Notes under the pieces: generated by a model
Databases searched by the model: none
Told to the model about the DNA's origin: nothing
Seen by the model: the letters and a program-made list of their open reading frames with translations, nothing else
NCBI GenBank assembly: GCA_038243585.1
Contig: JBBSQY010000058.1
Span: forward strand, 1 to 19,764
DNA length: 19,764 nt
From: Candidatus Sumerlaeales bacterium
GTDB taxonomy: Bacteria; Sumerlaeota; Sumerlaeia; Sumerlaeales; Sumerlaeaceae
Direction of reading: 5' to 3'
In this document: positions 1 through 7,926 of the stretch, in pieces
Numbering within the stretch: the first letter of the stretch is position 1
How the letters are laid out: each line of letters starts with the position of its first letter
Translations under genes and position numbers: made by a program

Positions 1-1067
1 GGATCGCGCCACTGTTGGCTCCATCCCTGGTGCATGCCGCTGCTGCATCCACAGTCCGACGCCCAGCGTTCAATGCCGTGAGCGCAGCTCCAGCTTGAAT
101 TGTTTACGATGCGCGCTTCCCAGGCAGGAGGTTCGAGCTCAAGGAACTGAGAGTAGTTTGTGAGCTGCGCGAGATTGTTTGTTTCAATATAATGCAGGGC
201 ATAGGCGAGCGCCATATCGCCAAATTTATGATGATGCCCGTAAGTTTCTCCGTCGGTGGCGATATGAAGTAGCTGCGGGAAGTCGCGGCTGTCGGAGAAT
301 CCGGAAAGCAGGCGCTCCGCAAAAGTTTCACCGCTTTTCAGAATCCCCTCAAAAGCAACCGCCTGGCTGATCGGCCCGTCATAAAAAAACAGGGCAATGC
401 TTTTTCCATTGGGCAGGGGACACTGATAGGCTCGGGCAGGATCAACCCGGCCTCCGCTTACATCTTCCCAGCCGACATCGGGCAGCTTAAAGCCATTGTG
501 AGCCTTTGGCCTTACACCAGCGGCCTGGTTCGGCGCTAGTACGGTAAATTTAATCCCGTGGTTGGCGAGCAGCTCGAGGGTTTCCACACTTACCGCTGCC
601 TCTGCCAGCCACATGCCGTCCGGTTTCCGCTTGAATCTATGCTCAAAATCGCGGATGCCCCAGACAATCTGAGTTTCCTGATCGCGGCGGTTGGCAAGGG
701 GCATGATGATGTGGTTGTATACCTGCGCCATTGCGGATCCGTGGCCGCCAAAACGTTCCATGCTTTCCCGGTCCGCATCCAAAATGGCCTGGTAAGTCAA
801 CGGGCTGTGATATTCCATCCACGAGAGCAACGTGGGTCCAAAGTTGAAGCTCATACGGGCGTAATTGTTGATGATTCCGACAATGTGGCCATCGTTCGTC
901 TGGATTCGGGACGCGCTGTTAGGACTGTAACATTCCGCGGTTATCCGCTCGTTCCAGTCATGGTAGGGTTCGGCTGATTCCTGGAGTTCGATTGCTTCGA
1001 GCCAGGGGTTTTCTCGGGGTGGCTGATAAAAATGTCCGTGTATGCAAACGTAGCGTGGGTGGGTCAT
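1..1067 (-). CDS. DUF3536-containing glycoside hydrolase family 57 protein; its 3' end lies beyond the left edge of the window
   Basis: Absent from the ORF track because no stop codon falls in the window. Manual translation from ATG at 1067 gives MTHPRYVCIHGHFYQPPRENPW...GMWLAEAAV...IATDGETYGHHHKFG...SWSCAHGIERW, which carries the GH57 HxHxxQP, WLxE nucleophile and DGE acid/base motifs. The start overlaps the treZ stop (TAATG). Confidence 0.92.
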   Translation of the reverse strand, partial: MTHPRYVCIHGHFYQPPRENPWLEAIELQESAEPYHDWNERITAECYSPNSASRIQTNDGHIVGIINNYARMSFNFGPTLLSWMEYHSPLTYQAILDADRESMERFGGHGSAMAQVYNHIIMPLANRRDQETQIVWGIRDFEHRFKRKPDGMWLAEAAVSVETLELLANHGIKFTVLAPNQAAGVRPKAHNGFKLPDVGWEDVSGGRVDPARAYQCPLPNGKSIALFFYDGPISQAVAFEGILKSGETFAERLLSGFSDSRDFPQLLHIATDGETYGHHHKFGDMALAYALHYIETNNLAQLTNYSQFLELEPPAWEARIVNNSSWSCAHGIERWASDCGCSSGMHQGWSQQWRD

Positions 1068-2944
1068 TATCCTGATTTCATGGTTTTTGTGTTAGTTAAA
1101 GCGGTCGTGTGGCAAAGTTGCAGCAAAACAGCTGAGCCTCCGGGCATCGGGATGCGCATTTCACCGGAAGATTTCATTGCGCTCGCAGCTCTGTTTCCGC
1201 TGCCTTCATATTTTTTGGAATCCGTGTCCAGAAGAACGCTCCATTCGCCCTCGGCGGCCGGCACTGTCACAATCTGTTCCGCCTCGGCAAAATTGAAAAG
1301 ACAAAGCACTGTGGACTCATCGTCATGTCGACTGATTACCAAGGTTCGCCGATGATCGTTCGCCTCAGCGAACGTGCGCCGCTTGTTGCCCGGCCGCAAG
1401 GCCGAAATCTCTTTTCGGAGGCGCAACAGCGTAGTGTAAAGGTCGGTTATCGCCTTGCCTTGCTTGCTTGTATCCGGTTTGACTTTGGATTGAAGAAACG
1501 TTTTTTCCGCTTGCGGGTCAGGGGGATCGCCCCCGGTCGCGAAAAACTCACGAAATTCTTTTTTCCGCCCTTCACGAACTCCATCGATAAGGGATGGGTC
1601 GCTGTGACTTACAAAGTAGAGAAATGGGGACTTGGCGGCGGTTTCTTCTCCCATAAAGATGAGAGGCACAGCAGGAGCGGTAAGAAGCGCAACCGCGGCC
1701 AGCTTAAGCTGAGGGAATTCCAGAATCATGCTCAGGCGCTCGCCAATAGGACGATTGCCCACCTGATCGTGATTTTGTGAGCAGATCACAAAACGGATGC
1801 CATCAAGGTGTCGGCTGTCGGCCCCATAATGACAGGCTCTATTTGTGGAATAGCAGCCGTCAAAGATAAAGCCATCGGTATAGGCTTTGGCCAGCTGCGA
1901 TACCTTGCCATAATCTTTGTAATAGCCATGGCTTTCGCCGGTGAGCACCGTGTGGAGTGCATGGTGAAAGTCGTCGTTCCATTGCGAGTCCGCGCCTACT
2001 CCACCCATCTCCGTCGCGGTTACGAACAGAGGATCATTTCGCTCATTTTCGCCAATGACGTAAATAGGTTTACGAAGGTGCCTGCCCAGAGCGTGACACT
2101 CGTCGGAAAGCCGGCGCAGGAATGGGTAAGCGCTCTCATCAATGATTGCGTGAACCGCGTCCAGGCGCAGAGCATCAACCTGGCAATGCTCAGTCCAGAA
2201 GATGGCGTTGCCTACGAAAAAATCGCGAACGCCGTCGCTGTGCGCGCCATCAAAGTTGAGGCTGGAGCCCCAGGGGGTATGGTACTTTTCCGTGAAGTAG
2301 GGACCGAAACAGGACAGATAGTTCCCCTCCGGCCCAAGATGATTATAGACCACATCCAGCACCACCGCCAATTGCAGTTTGTGAGCGGCGTCTACAAAAC
2401 GCTGAAAGCCAGACAGGCCGCCGTAACTTTGCTGCGCGGCATACATGAATACACCGTCATAGCCCCAGTTGCGATCTCCGGGAAACTCGGCGATAGGCAT
2501 GACTTCCACAGCGGTAATTCCCAGCTCTTTAAGGCGGGGCAGCTCTGCTATGGCGGCGTCAAAGGTTCCGTCAGCAGTTAGTGTGCCTACGTGAAACTCA
2601 TAGATTACATATTCTTCCAGCGGACGCCCTGTCCATTCAGAGGCTGTCCAGTCAAAATGGGTATTCAGTACGGCACTGGGGCCATGTACGCCATCTGGTT
2701 GCCAGCGGCTGGCGGGATCTGGTCGTGGTGTCGTGCCGTCAATTTCGAAAAGATAGCGTGTTCCGGCCGGACAGTCCGCCAGTGTCAGTTCGTAATAGCC
2801 GGATGACTGTCGCACCATAGGCACATTCTCAACATCTCGATCAGGAAGGACGAGAGAAGCTGTGTTCGAAAGCGGAGCCCAAACCCTGAAACGCGTACTT
2901 TTACCATCGGCAGCTAACAAGGCCCCGTGTTCCCATGCAGACAT
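1067..2944 (-). CDS. treZ: Malto-oligosyltrehalose trehalohydrolase (GH13)
   Basis: 625 aa. N-terminal FRVWAP and PDPASRWQPDGVHGPS, then RNWGYDG, VVLDVVYNHLGPEG, LRLDAVHAI, QWNDDFHH and QNHDQVGNR, all typical of TreZ. Confidence 0.95.
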   Translation of the reverse strand: MSAWEHGALLAADGKSTRFRVWAPLSNTASLVLPDRDVENVPMVRQSSGYYELTLADCPAGTRYLFEIDGTTPRPDPASRWQPDGVHGPSAVLNTHFDWTASEWTGRPLEEYVIYEFHVGTLTADGTFDAAIAELPRLKELGITAVEVMPIAEFPGDRNWGYDGVFMYAAQQSYGGLSGFQRFVDAAHKLQLAVVLDVVYNHLGPEGNYLSCFGPYFTEKYHTPWGSSLNFDGAHSDGVRDFFVGNAIFWTEHCQVDALRLDAVHAIIDESAYPFLRRLSDECHALGRHLRKPIYVIGENERNDPLFVTATEMGGVGADSQWNDDFHHALHTVLTGESHGYYKDYGKVSQLAKAYTDGFIFDGCYSTNRACHYGADSRHLDGIRFVICSQNHDQVGNRPIGERLSMILEFPQLKLAAVALLTAPAVPLIFMGEETAAKSPFLYFVSHSDPSLIDGVREGRKKEFREFFATGGDPPDPQAEKTFLQSKVKPDTSKQGKAITDLYTTLLRLRKEISALRPGNKRRTFAEANDHRRTLVISRHDDESTVLCLFNFAEAEQIVTVPAAEGEWSVLLDTDSKKYEGSGNRAASAMKSSGEMRIPMPGGSAVLLQLCHTTALTNTKTMKSG

Positions 2945-3093
2945 AAATCGTGTGAGTCCTTAAAACTTTAAGATTGAGTGTTTGAAGGCAGCGAACAGCG
3001 TGCCACCCCTATACGGCGCACTATGACTATGAGACGTCAGGAAAGTCTTGATACAACATTCCGCGCGTTACTAGCTGCTTTATGGACTTATTA

Positions 3094-4074
3094 ATGAAAC
3101 GGGTCTCGGTATTGCTGCTTGTTCTTTCCGTGGCGGGAATTTTGCAAGCTCAGCCTGGCCTGACCCCATCGGATCCCGGTAGCAGCTTTCGCATCGGATA
3201 CATCAGAGTTGATCCTGATACTGCAACCACCAGCGGCGTGTACCAGCGACTGCTGGAGTTTCTGGTTTCTCAACCCGATATTCAAGCCGCAATGAGTGCG
3301 GCAGGGGTTTCCGGTATTATCCCTCAGTCCTTCGATACTCATAGCCTGCTCATTGAAGCGATGGACGCTGAACAAATAGACATGGCGTTTTGCTCCGTGC
3401 TTGATTTCGCCTATCAGCGCGGCAGCTATGAACCCGTATTTCAGCTTCGCCGCCCCGGCGATCCCCACAGCTCGACGGGCGATCGGCGTGTGTGGCATAG
3501 CGGCGTGATATTCGTCAACAGAGAGAGCCCGCTGTTCTCCCTGAGTGATGCCGCCGCCATCGCCGCCCTTCCTGAGTACGTTATGGCGCACGAAATGGCA
3601 ATGGTTGGCAGCAGCAGTGCCGCAGGCTATGTCTATCCATACCTGGCCCTTGACCGCCTGACGACCACTGTTCCAGTGATAAATGCGCGTTCGGTTTTTT
3701 GGAACAGTTCCAGCGAAGTGGTCAAAGCAGTGATAAACGGTATACATGAAATAGGCGCGTGCGACGCCTCCGCAATAGATGAAGTGCTGGCTGCGCACGG
3801 GCTGTTGAAAGCCAAGGCCAGGCTGGTTAAGGAAATACTGCGAACAGACCCGGTGCCTCGGGATCCCATTGTTATCCATACGCGTTGGCTGGGCGGCGCC
3901 GCCTATACCGCCACCCCCGCTACGGAACTGGGCCGACAAATGACGCGCGGAGTATCAGGTTTTTTCCAAAGCGAACCAGCACTTCCACGCTTAGAACGTA
4001 CTTCCAGGGAGCCCTATCAAGAGGTTGCGGAAAATCTCGAACGATTTAAAAAAATGCGGCAGGAGTCAAACTAG
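3094..4074 (+). CDS. PhnD/phosphonate-family ABC-type substrate-binding protein, exported
   Basis: Signal peptide MKRVSVLLLVLSVAGILQA. Motifs IDMAF, SGVIFVNRES, SSSAAGYVYP, EVVKAVINGIHEIGA and TDPVPRDPIV resemble the PhnD fold. ATG 3094 follows GGA; ATG 3082 is the alternative start. Confidence 0.7.
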   Translation: MKRVSVLLLVLSVAGILQAQPGLTPSDPGSSFRIGYIRVDPDTATTSGVYQRLLEFLVSQPDIQAAMSAAGVSGIIPQSFDTHSLLIEAMDAEQIDMAFCSVLDFAYQRGSYEPVFQLRRPGDPHSSTGDRRVWHSGVIFVNRESPLFSLSDAAAIAALPEYVMAHEMAMVGSSSAAGYVYPYLALDRLTTTVPVINARSVFWNSSSEVVKAVINGIHEIGACDASAIDEVLAAHGLLKAKARLVKEILRTDPVPRDPIVIHTRWLGGAAYTATPATELGRQMTRGVSGFFQSEPALPRLERTSREPYQEVAENLERFKKMRQESN

Positions 4075-4083
4075 CCTCTTGAA

Positions 4084-4106
4084 GTAGCATAGGCGTCCCG
4101 CCTGTG
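4084..4106 (+). repeat. REP-like palindrome, family A: GTAG-CATAGGCG-TCC-CGCCTGTG
   Basis: A GTAG foot is followed directly by an 8-bp stem (one T-G pair) with a 3-nt loop, 9 nt after a stop codon. This is the architecture of GTAG-family REPs. Only one copy is in the window. Confidence 0.55.
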
Positions 4107-4145
4107 TAAAACAGTCTCGCTGCGAAACAAAACCCTGACGTCCAT

Positions 4146-4173
4146 GCGACTTCCGCCTGCCGGTGAATATGCT
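4146..4173 (+). promoter_or_regulatory. Putative sigma70-type promoter for the SRP RNA
   Basis: GCGACT-N16-TATGCT, ending about 30 nt upstream of the RNA's terminal stem. Confidence 0.35.
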
Positions 4174-4203
4174 CTGTATCAAATCGCTATTCCACCTTGC
4201 AGT

Positions 4204-4333
4204 TCGCCGGGTTACGCATTCTCGGCGCGCCTGAACAACGGTACCAATCCGAACCTGGTCAGATCCTGACGGAAGCAGCCATAAGGAAAATTATCGTGTG
4301 CTGACGGCGCGTCGGGAATGAGTCACCCGGCGG
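4204..4333 (+). ncRNA. ffs: Bacterial small signal recognition particle RNA (4.5S type)
   Basis: The helix-8 core GAACCTGGTCAGATCC-TGAC-GGAAGCAGCCATAAGG (4251-4286) matches GGUCAGGUCC-GGAA-GGAAGCAGCC apart from the loop and one G>A change. Nested pairings close one long hairpin: ACGGTA/TATCGT, CATTCTCGGCGCGCC/GGCGCGTCGGGAATG and CGCCGGGT/ACCCGGCG. Confidence 0.92.
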
Positions 4334-5515
4334 TTACGTTTCCGAGAGAGGCGTTTCCAGAACGCTTCGGTAGACTCGTTTGACGTCGGAACACATCCGA
4401 CCAGCGCTAAACTCCACCCGCGCCCGCGTGCGCGCTCCATCTCCCAATCTTTTTCGCAGGTCATCGTTTGTGATAATTCGGTTAATGGCTTCCGCGAGGG
4501 CAAGGGGATTTTCCGGCTCCACAGTCAGACCGCTTATTCCGTCCGCATTTACGTACGGTACCCCAGAAGCAATTCGGGTGCTGACAACCGGAAGACCCGT
4601 CGCCATTGCCTCAACCTGGCTTATCCCAAATGCCTCGCTTCGCAGGTGGCTCGGCATACAAAATACGTCTGCCGCATAATAGCAGGCCAGTTTTTCATCG
4701 TCCACAATATTACCAAGAAAATGAATTCGATCCGCTACGCGCAATTCCGCAGCCAGGCGTCTCAGTTCTGATTCCATTGGCCCAGACCCCGCCAGGATCA
4801 ACTGCGCATCGATATCCCGCATGGCTGCGATAAGAAATTGCAGTCCCTTGTAGTAGCGAAGCCGCCCCACAAACAGTATCAGTGGAAGCGAAGATTCTGA
4901 TTTTCCCAGAATTCCCGCTCTTATTTCAGCGGCGCGTGTTTGCACGACGGGCGACTCAGTAAATTCTTCAATGCGAATCCCTAAAGGGACGACCGCGCAA
5001 CGCTCGCGATGACGCGCCAGCCACGGGCTCGACTCCATATAATTAGGAGAAGTAGGCATGATCACCTGGCATCGCGACATCATCCAGTTTTGAAGTGGTC
5101 CATATACAGCCATGGCCTTTTGCTGCCGAACAACGTCGCTATGGTAGGTCATTACGGCGGGAGGGGCGGGGCGGGACATAAACCTGGCGAGATCGCCTGT
5201 TGGGTTTGGGTGGTGGAAATGGAGAATGTCGGCGTTTTTGGCTTCTCGCGCGAGGGCAGAAACGAATGCTGGGCTGAACGGTGCGCTGGCCGCGCGGCCC
5301 CATTCTGCCACACGGATAACCCGTGTTCCATTTATAACCTCTTCGCTGGTGCGTCTAGTACCCGAATTAACCAGGACCGAAACATCGTACTCGTCACGAC
5401 AACCTTCAGCCATCATGTTGATGGTCATTTCAACGCCGCCGATAACCGGCGGATAGAAATCTTTATATACGTGTAGGACCCGTGGGCGGGCAGAAGAGTT
5501 CGAACCTGCTATCAT
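4334..5515 (-). CDS. Glycosyltransferase family 4 (GT-B)
   Basis: RVLHVYKDFYPPVIGGVE N-terminus, ILHFHHPNP, YHSD, ILFVGRLRYYKGL and the E-x7-E motif SEAFGISQVEAMATGLPVV. Confidence 0.93.
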   Translation of the reverse strand: MIAGSNSSARPRVLHVYKDFYPPVIGGVEMTINMMAEGCRDEYDVSVLVNSGTRRTSEEVINGTRVIRVAEWGRAASAPFSPAFVSALAREAKNADILHFHHPNPTGDLARFMSRPAPPAVMTYHSDVVRQQKAMAVYGPLQNWMMSRCQVIMPTSPNYMESSPWLARHRERCAVVPLGIRIEEFTESPVVQTRAAEIRAGILGKSESSLPLILFVGRLRYYKGLQFLIAAMRDIDAQLILAGSGPMESELRRLAAELRVADRIHFLGNIVDDEKLACYYAADVFCMPSHLRSEAFGISQVEAMATGLPVVSTRIASGVPYVNADGISGLTVEPENPLALAEAINRIITNDDLRKRLGDGARTRARVEFSAGRMCSDVKRVYRSVLETPLSET

Positions 5516-5567
5516 TACAAGCCTGTTACGGAGGGTCGCTTCACAGCTATGCCACCGATAGCCATGT

Positions 5568-6050
5568 TTACTTTAAGTAAGCCAGCAATTCAGCTTTAGA
5601 AGCATTGGGAGGCAATTGGCTTTCCGGAATTCCGTCAGGTCCAAGAAGAACAACCGCAGGTCCTTGGGTGATTCCGTAGCTGCCCACCACATCGGCGGCA
5701 GTTAGCATGTTCAATGTAACTTTTTGCTTATTAGCCATGGCGGATTCCGCCTCGGCAGAGCTAAGTATTTGTTTAATGGATTCCGTCTGGGGAGCGCCGC
5801 TTTGCTGCACAAACAACACGGTTTTCTGCGGATTTTCGGTAGCAAAAGCCAAAGCAGCGTCAACATCTGTAGTCCAGCCAGACATATCAGGCACATTTGC
5901 GACAGGTGAGGGCGTTCCAGTTGCTCTGGCGGCCGGGGAGTTATCACGAAAATCTTTGCTTCGAACATGATCTTTAATGCCCGCACAGGCAGTAAACGCG
6001 ACCACGGCACAACATAAGCTCGCTACAGTCAGACCCAATTTCATAAACAT
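5568..6050 (-). CDS. Hypothetical lipoprotein with a probable thioredoxin-like fold lacking CxxC
   Basis: Hydrophobic signal with lipobox-like FTA-C and a Pro/Thr linker (ATGTPSPVA). WTTDVDAALAFATENPQKTVLFV and YGITQGPAVVLLGPDG resemble thioredoxin-like domains. Confidence 0.55.
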   Translation of the reverse strand: MFMKLGLTVASLCCAVVAFTACAGIKDHVRSKDFRDNSPAARATGTPSPVANVPDMSGWTTDVDAALAFATENPQKTVLFVQQSGAPQTESIKQILSSAEAESAMANKQKVTLNMLTAADVVGSYGITQGPAVVLLGPDGIPESQLPPNASKAELLAYLK

Positions 6051-6110
6051 CTTATAAATACACCCTTTCGAGGTAGACTGTTAATAGCAGTCTTTATGCC
6101 GATTTGTCGG

Positions 6111-7694
6111 TCAGCTTTTATCAGAATCTTCCGCTACAACTTCAGGCGCTAAATCAGAATCATCTTCGCCTGCAACTTCATCTTCATCCGAACCTGAATC
6201 AGCTATATCCTGTTTTTCATCGGAAGCGACTTCTTTAGCGTCGTCATCTTCCCCGGATTCAGCCTTTTCACCATCTGCATCTTCAGGGTTCGCAGACTCC
6301 GCATCTTCAGTTGAGTCCGCGTCGTCAACTTCGTCAGATTCCTCAGATTTGCCAAGTGCCTCGTCCGCTGCTTCTGCGGCCGCAGCTGCAGCATCTTCCC
6401 CATAGTTGCTGCGGGTCATCTCCGCCAGAGCATCCATGTATTCGCGAGCGCCGTCAATAATTTCCTGTGCAGATCCGGCTTCAATGTCAGCGGTACTGCC
6501 AAGTTCTTCAGCGTCAGCCTGAGCGAGTTGTTCCACATTATCATAGACACCGGCTTCATAAATGGATTGACGCGCCTCATCCGTGATCCAGTCGATCTGC
6601 GTGAGAAAATCTTCCAGGTACTGGCGCTGGACGTGAGCCTGATTGACGTTAGCCATTTTCTCATCCTCGCCTTCGCTGTGGATGTCCAGCTTCCACCCGG
6701 TTAACCGCGCCGCAAGCTTTGCGTTCTGGCCCCGTTTTCCAATAGCAAGAGACAGGTTTCCCTGCTTGACAATCACGTCGGCCTTGCGGGTATCCTCATC
6801 AATTTCAATGGACTGTATCTGGGCCGGCACCAGGGCGGCCCGGATGAACTCCTTGATATTGTCGCTATACGGCACAATGTCGATTTTTTCATTTTCAAGT
6901 TCGCGGACGATCATCTGAACCCGTGAACCCTTTACACCCACGCACGCGCCCACTGGATCCACGTCGTTGCTTGTGCTTTCGACGGCAAGCTTCGTCCGAG
7001 CGCCCGGCTCGCGCACGATGCTGTGGATTCGAACTGTGCCGTCGGCAATTTCCGGTACTTCCTGCTCAAATAATTTCGCTACCAGTTGCTCGCTGTTTCG
7101 CGAGACCTTCAAAACCGGTCCCCGCGCTTCAGGATCAATGGCGATTAATACAACCTTCACACGGTCGCCAACTCGATACCGGGTGCCCATCGGAGTTTCC
7201 GTTAGGGGGAGAATGGCCTCGGTTTTACCCAGGCTCAGGATAAAATCCCTTTTCTCAAACCGCTGAACGATCCCCGAGAAAATTTCTCCCTTTCGGGTTT
7301 CATACTCGCCGTAGACTTTGTTCCGCTCAGCTTCTTTCAGTTTCTGCATTACAACCTGCCGCGCGGATTGAGCGGCGATTCTCCCAAAAATAGCGGGATC
7401 AATTTCCAGTTCGACGCGTTCACCGGCTTCAACATCGGGCTTGATTTTTTGCGCATCGCGCAATGAAATCTGTGTGCGCGGATTAGTAGCTATTTTTACA
7501 ACCGATTTGGAAACGAAAAGATGGAGTTCCCCCGTCTCTACATCCAGTTCCGGGCGAGCATCTTCAAACTGACTTAAGTTCTTTTTAGACGCACTTATGA
7601 TTGCCTGCTGGATAGCCTCTTTAACAACCTCGACATCAAGGTCTTTCTCCTTGCTGATTTGGCGGATGAAAGCTTTCAGTTCTGTAGCATTCAT
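6111..7694 (-). CDS. nusA: Transcription termination/antitermination factor NusA with an acidic C-terminal extension
   Basis: FGRIAAQSARQV, S1 domain, REPGARTKLAV, DPVGACVGVKGSRV and LSLAIGKRGQNAKLAARLTGWKLDI. Start placed at ATG 7694 (MNATELK) behind a GGGAGAG RBS, not at the ORF-track start 7730. Confidence 0.97.
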   Translation of the reverse strand: MNATELKAFIRQISKEKDLDVEVVKEAIQQAIISASKKNLSQFEDARPELDVETGELHLFVSKSVVKIATNPRTQISLRDAQKIKPDVEAGERVELEIDPAIFGRIAAQSARQVVMQKLKEAERNKVYGEYETRKGEIFSGIVQRFEKRDFILSLGKTEAILPLTETPMGTRYRVGDRVKVVLIAIDPEARGPVLKVSRNSEQLVAKLFEQEVPEIADGTVRIHSIVREPGARTKLAVESTSNDVDPVGACVGVKGSRVQMIVRELENEKIDIVPYSDNIKEFIRAALVPAQIQSIEIDEDTRKADVIVKQGNLSLAIGKRGQNAKLAARLTGWKLDIHSEGEDEKMANVNQAHVQRQYLEDFLTQIDWITDEARQSIYEAGVYDNVEQLAQADAEELGSTADIEAGSAQEIIDGAREYMDALAEMTRSNYGEDAAAAAAEAADEALGKSEESDEVDDADSTEDAESANPEDADGEKAESGEDDDAKEVASDEKQDIADSGSDEDEVAGEDDSDLAPEVVAEDSDKS

Positions 7695-7761
7695 ATTGCA
7701 GGCTCTCCCGGTTTTCGATGCGTCCCGCATCGGTCGAGAAGCCGCCGCTATAAGTGCCTAT

Positions 7762-7790
7762 AAAACAAAAAGTGGGCGATAAGCCCACTC
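7762..7790 (-). terminator. Leader intrinsic terminator/attenuator of the rimP-leader type upstream of nusA
   Basis: Minus strand reads G-AGTGGGC-TTATC-GCCCACT-TTTTGTTTT: a perfect 7-bp stem plus U-tract about 70 nt upstream of the nusA ATG. It resembles the GAGUGGG...CCCACUUUU hairpin found in front of rimP-nusA operons. Confidence 0.8.
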
Positions 7791-7926
7791 TCCTGTTGCC
7801 AGCACTACTGACACCTTCTGCCCCGTACGGGCAGACTAGACTAGACCCACAACGCGCCAATATTCAGCGATCATGCGTAGCCAATAGGCCTACTCAGACC
7901 CCGCGATACAAGACAGGACTCCATAG

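Noticed and set aside
104..977. Short ORFs 104..331, 179..370, 558..977 and 590..778
   Set aside because: They are antisense or off-frame shadows of the GH57 gene, which has clear family motifs.
1032..2820. Plus-strand ORFs, including the 257-aa 1808..2581
   Set aside because: Antisense to treZ with no recognisable motifs; expected from codon bias.
3091..3939. 282-aa minus-strand ORF
   Set aside because: Antisense shadow of the binding-protein gene, which has the signal peptide and family motifs.
4107..4203. Possible Alu domain making this a large (Bacillus-type) SRP RNA
   Set aside because: I could not find Alu-type helices, a promoter-like -10 lies here, and the 3' side ends at the GT4 stop, leaving no partner strand.
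4291..4503. 70-aa minus-strand ORF
   Set aside because: It overlaps the GT4 3' end off-frame and the SRP RNA, with no supporting signal.
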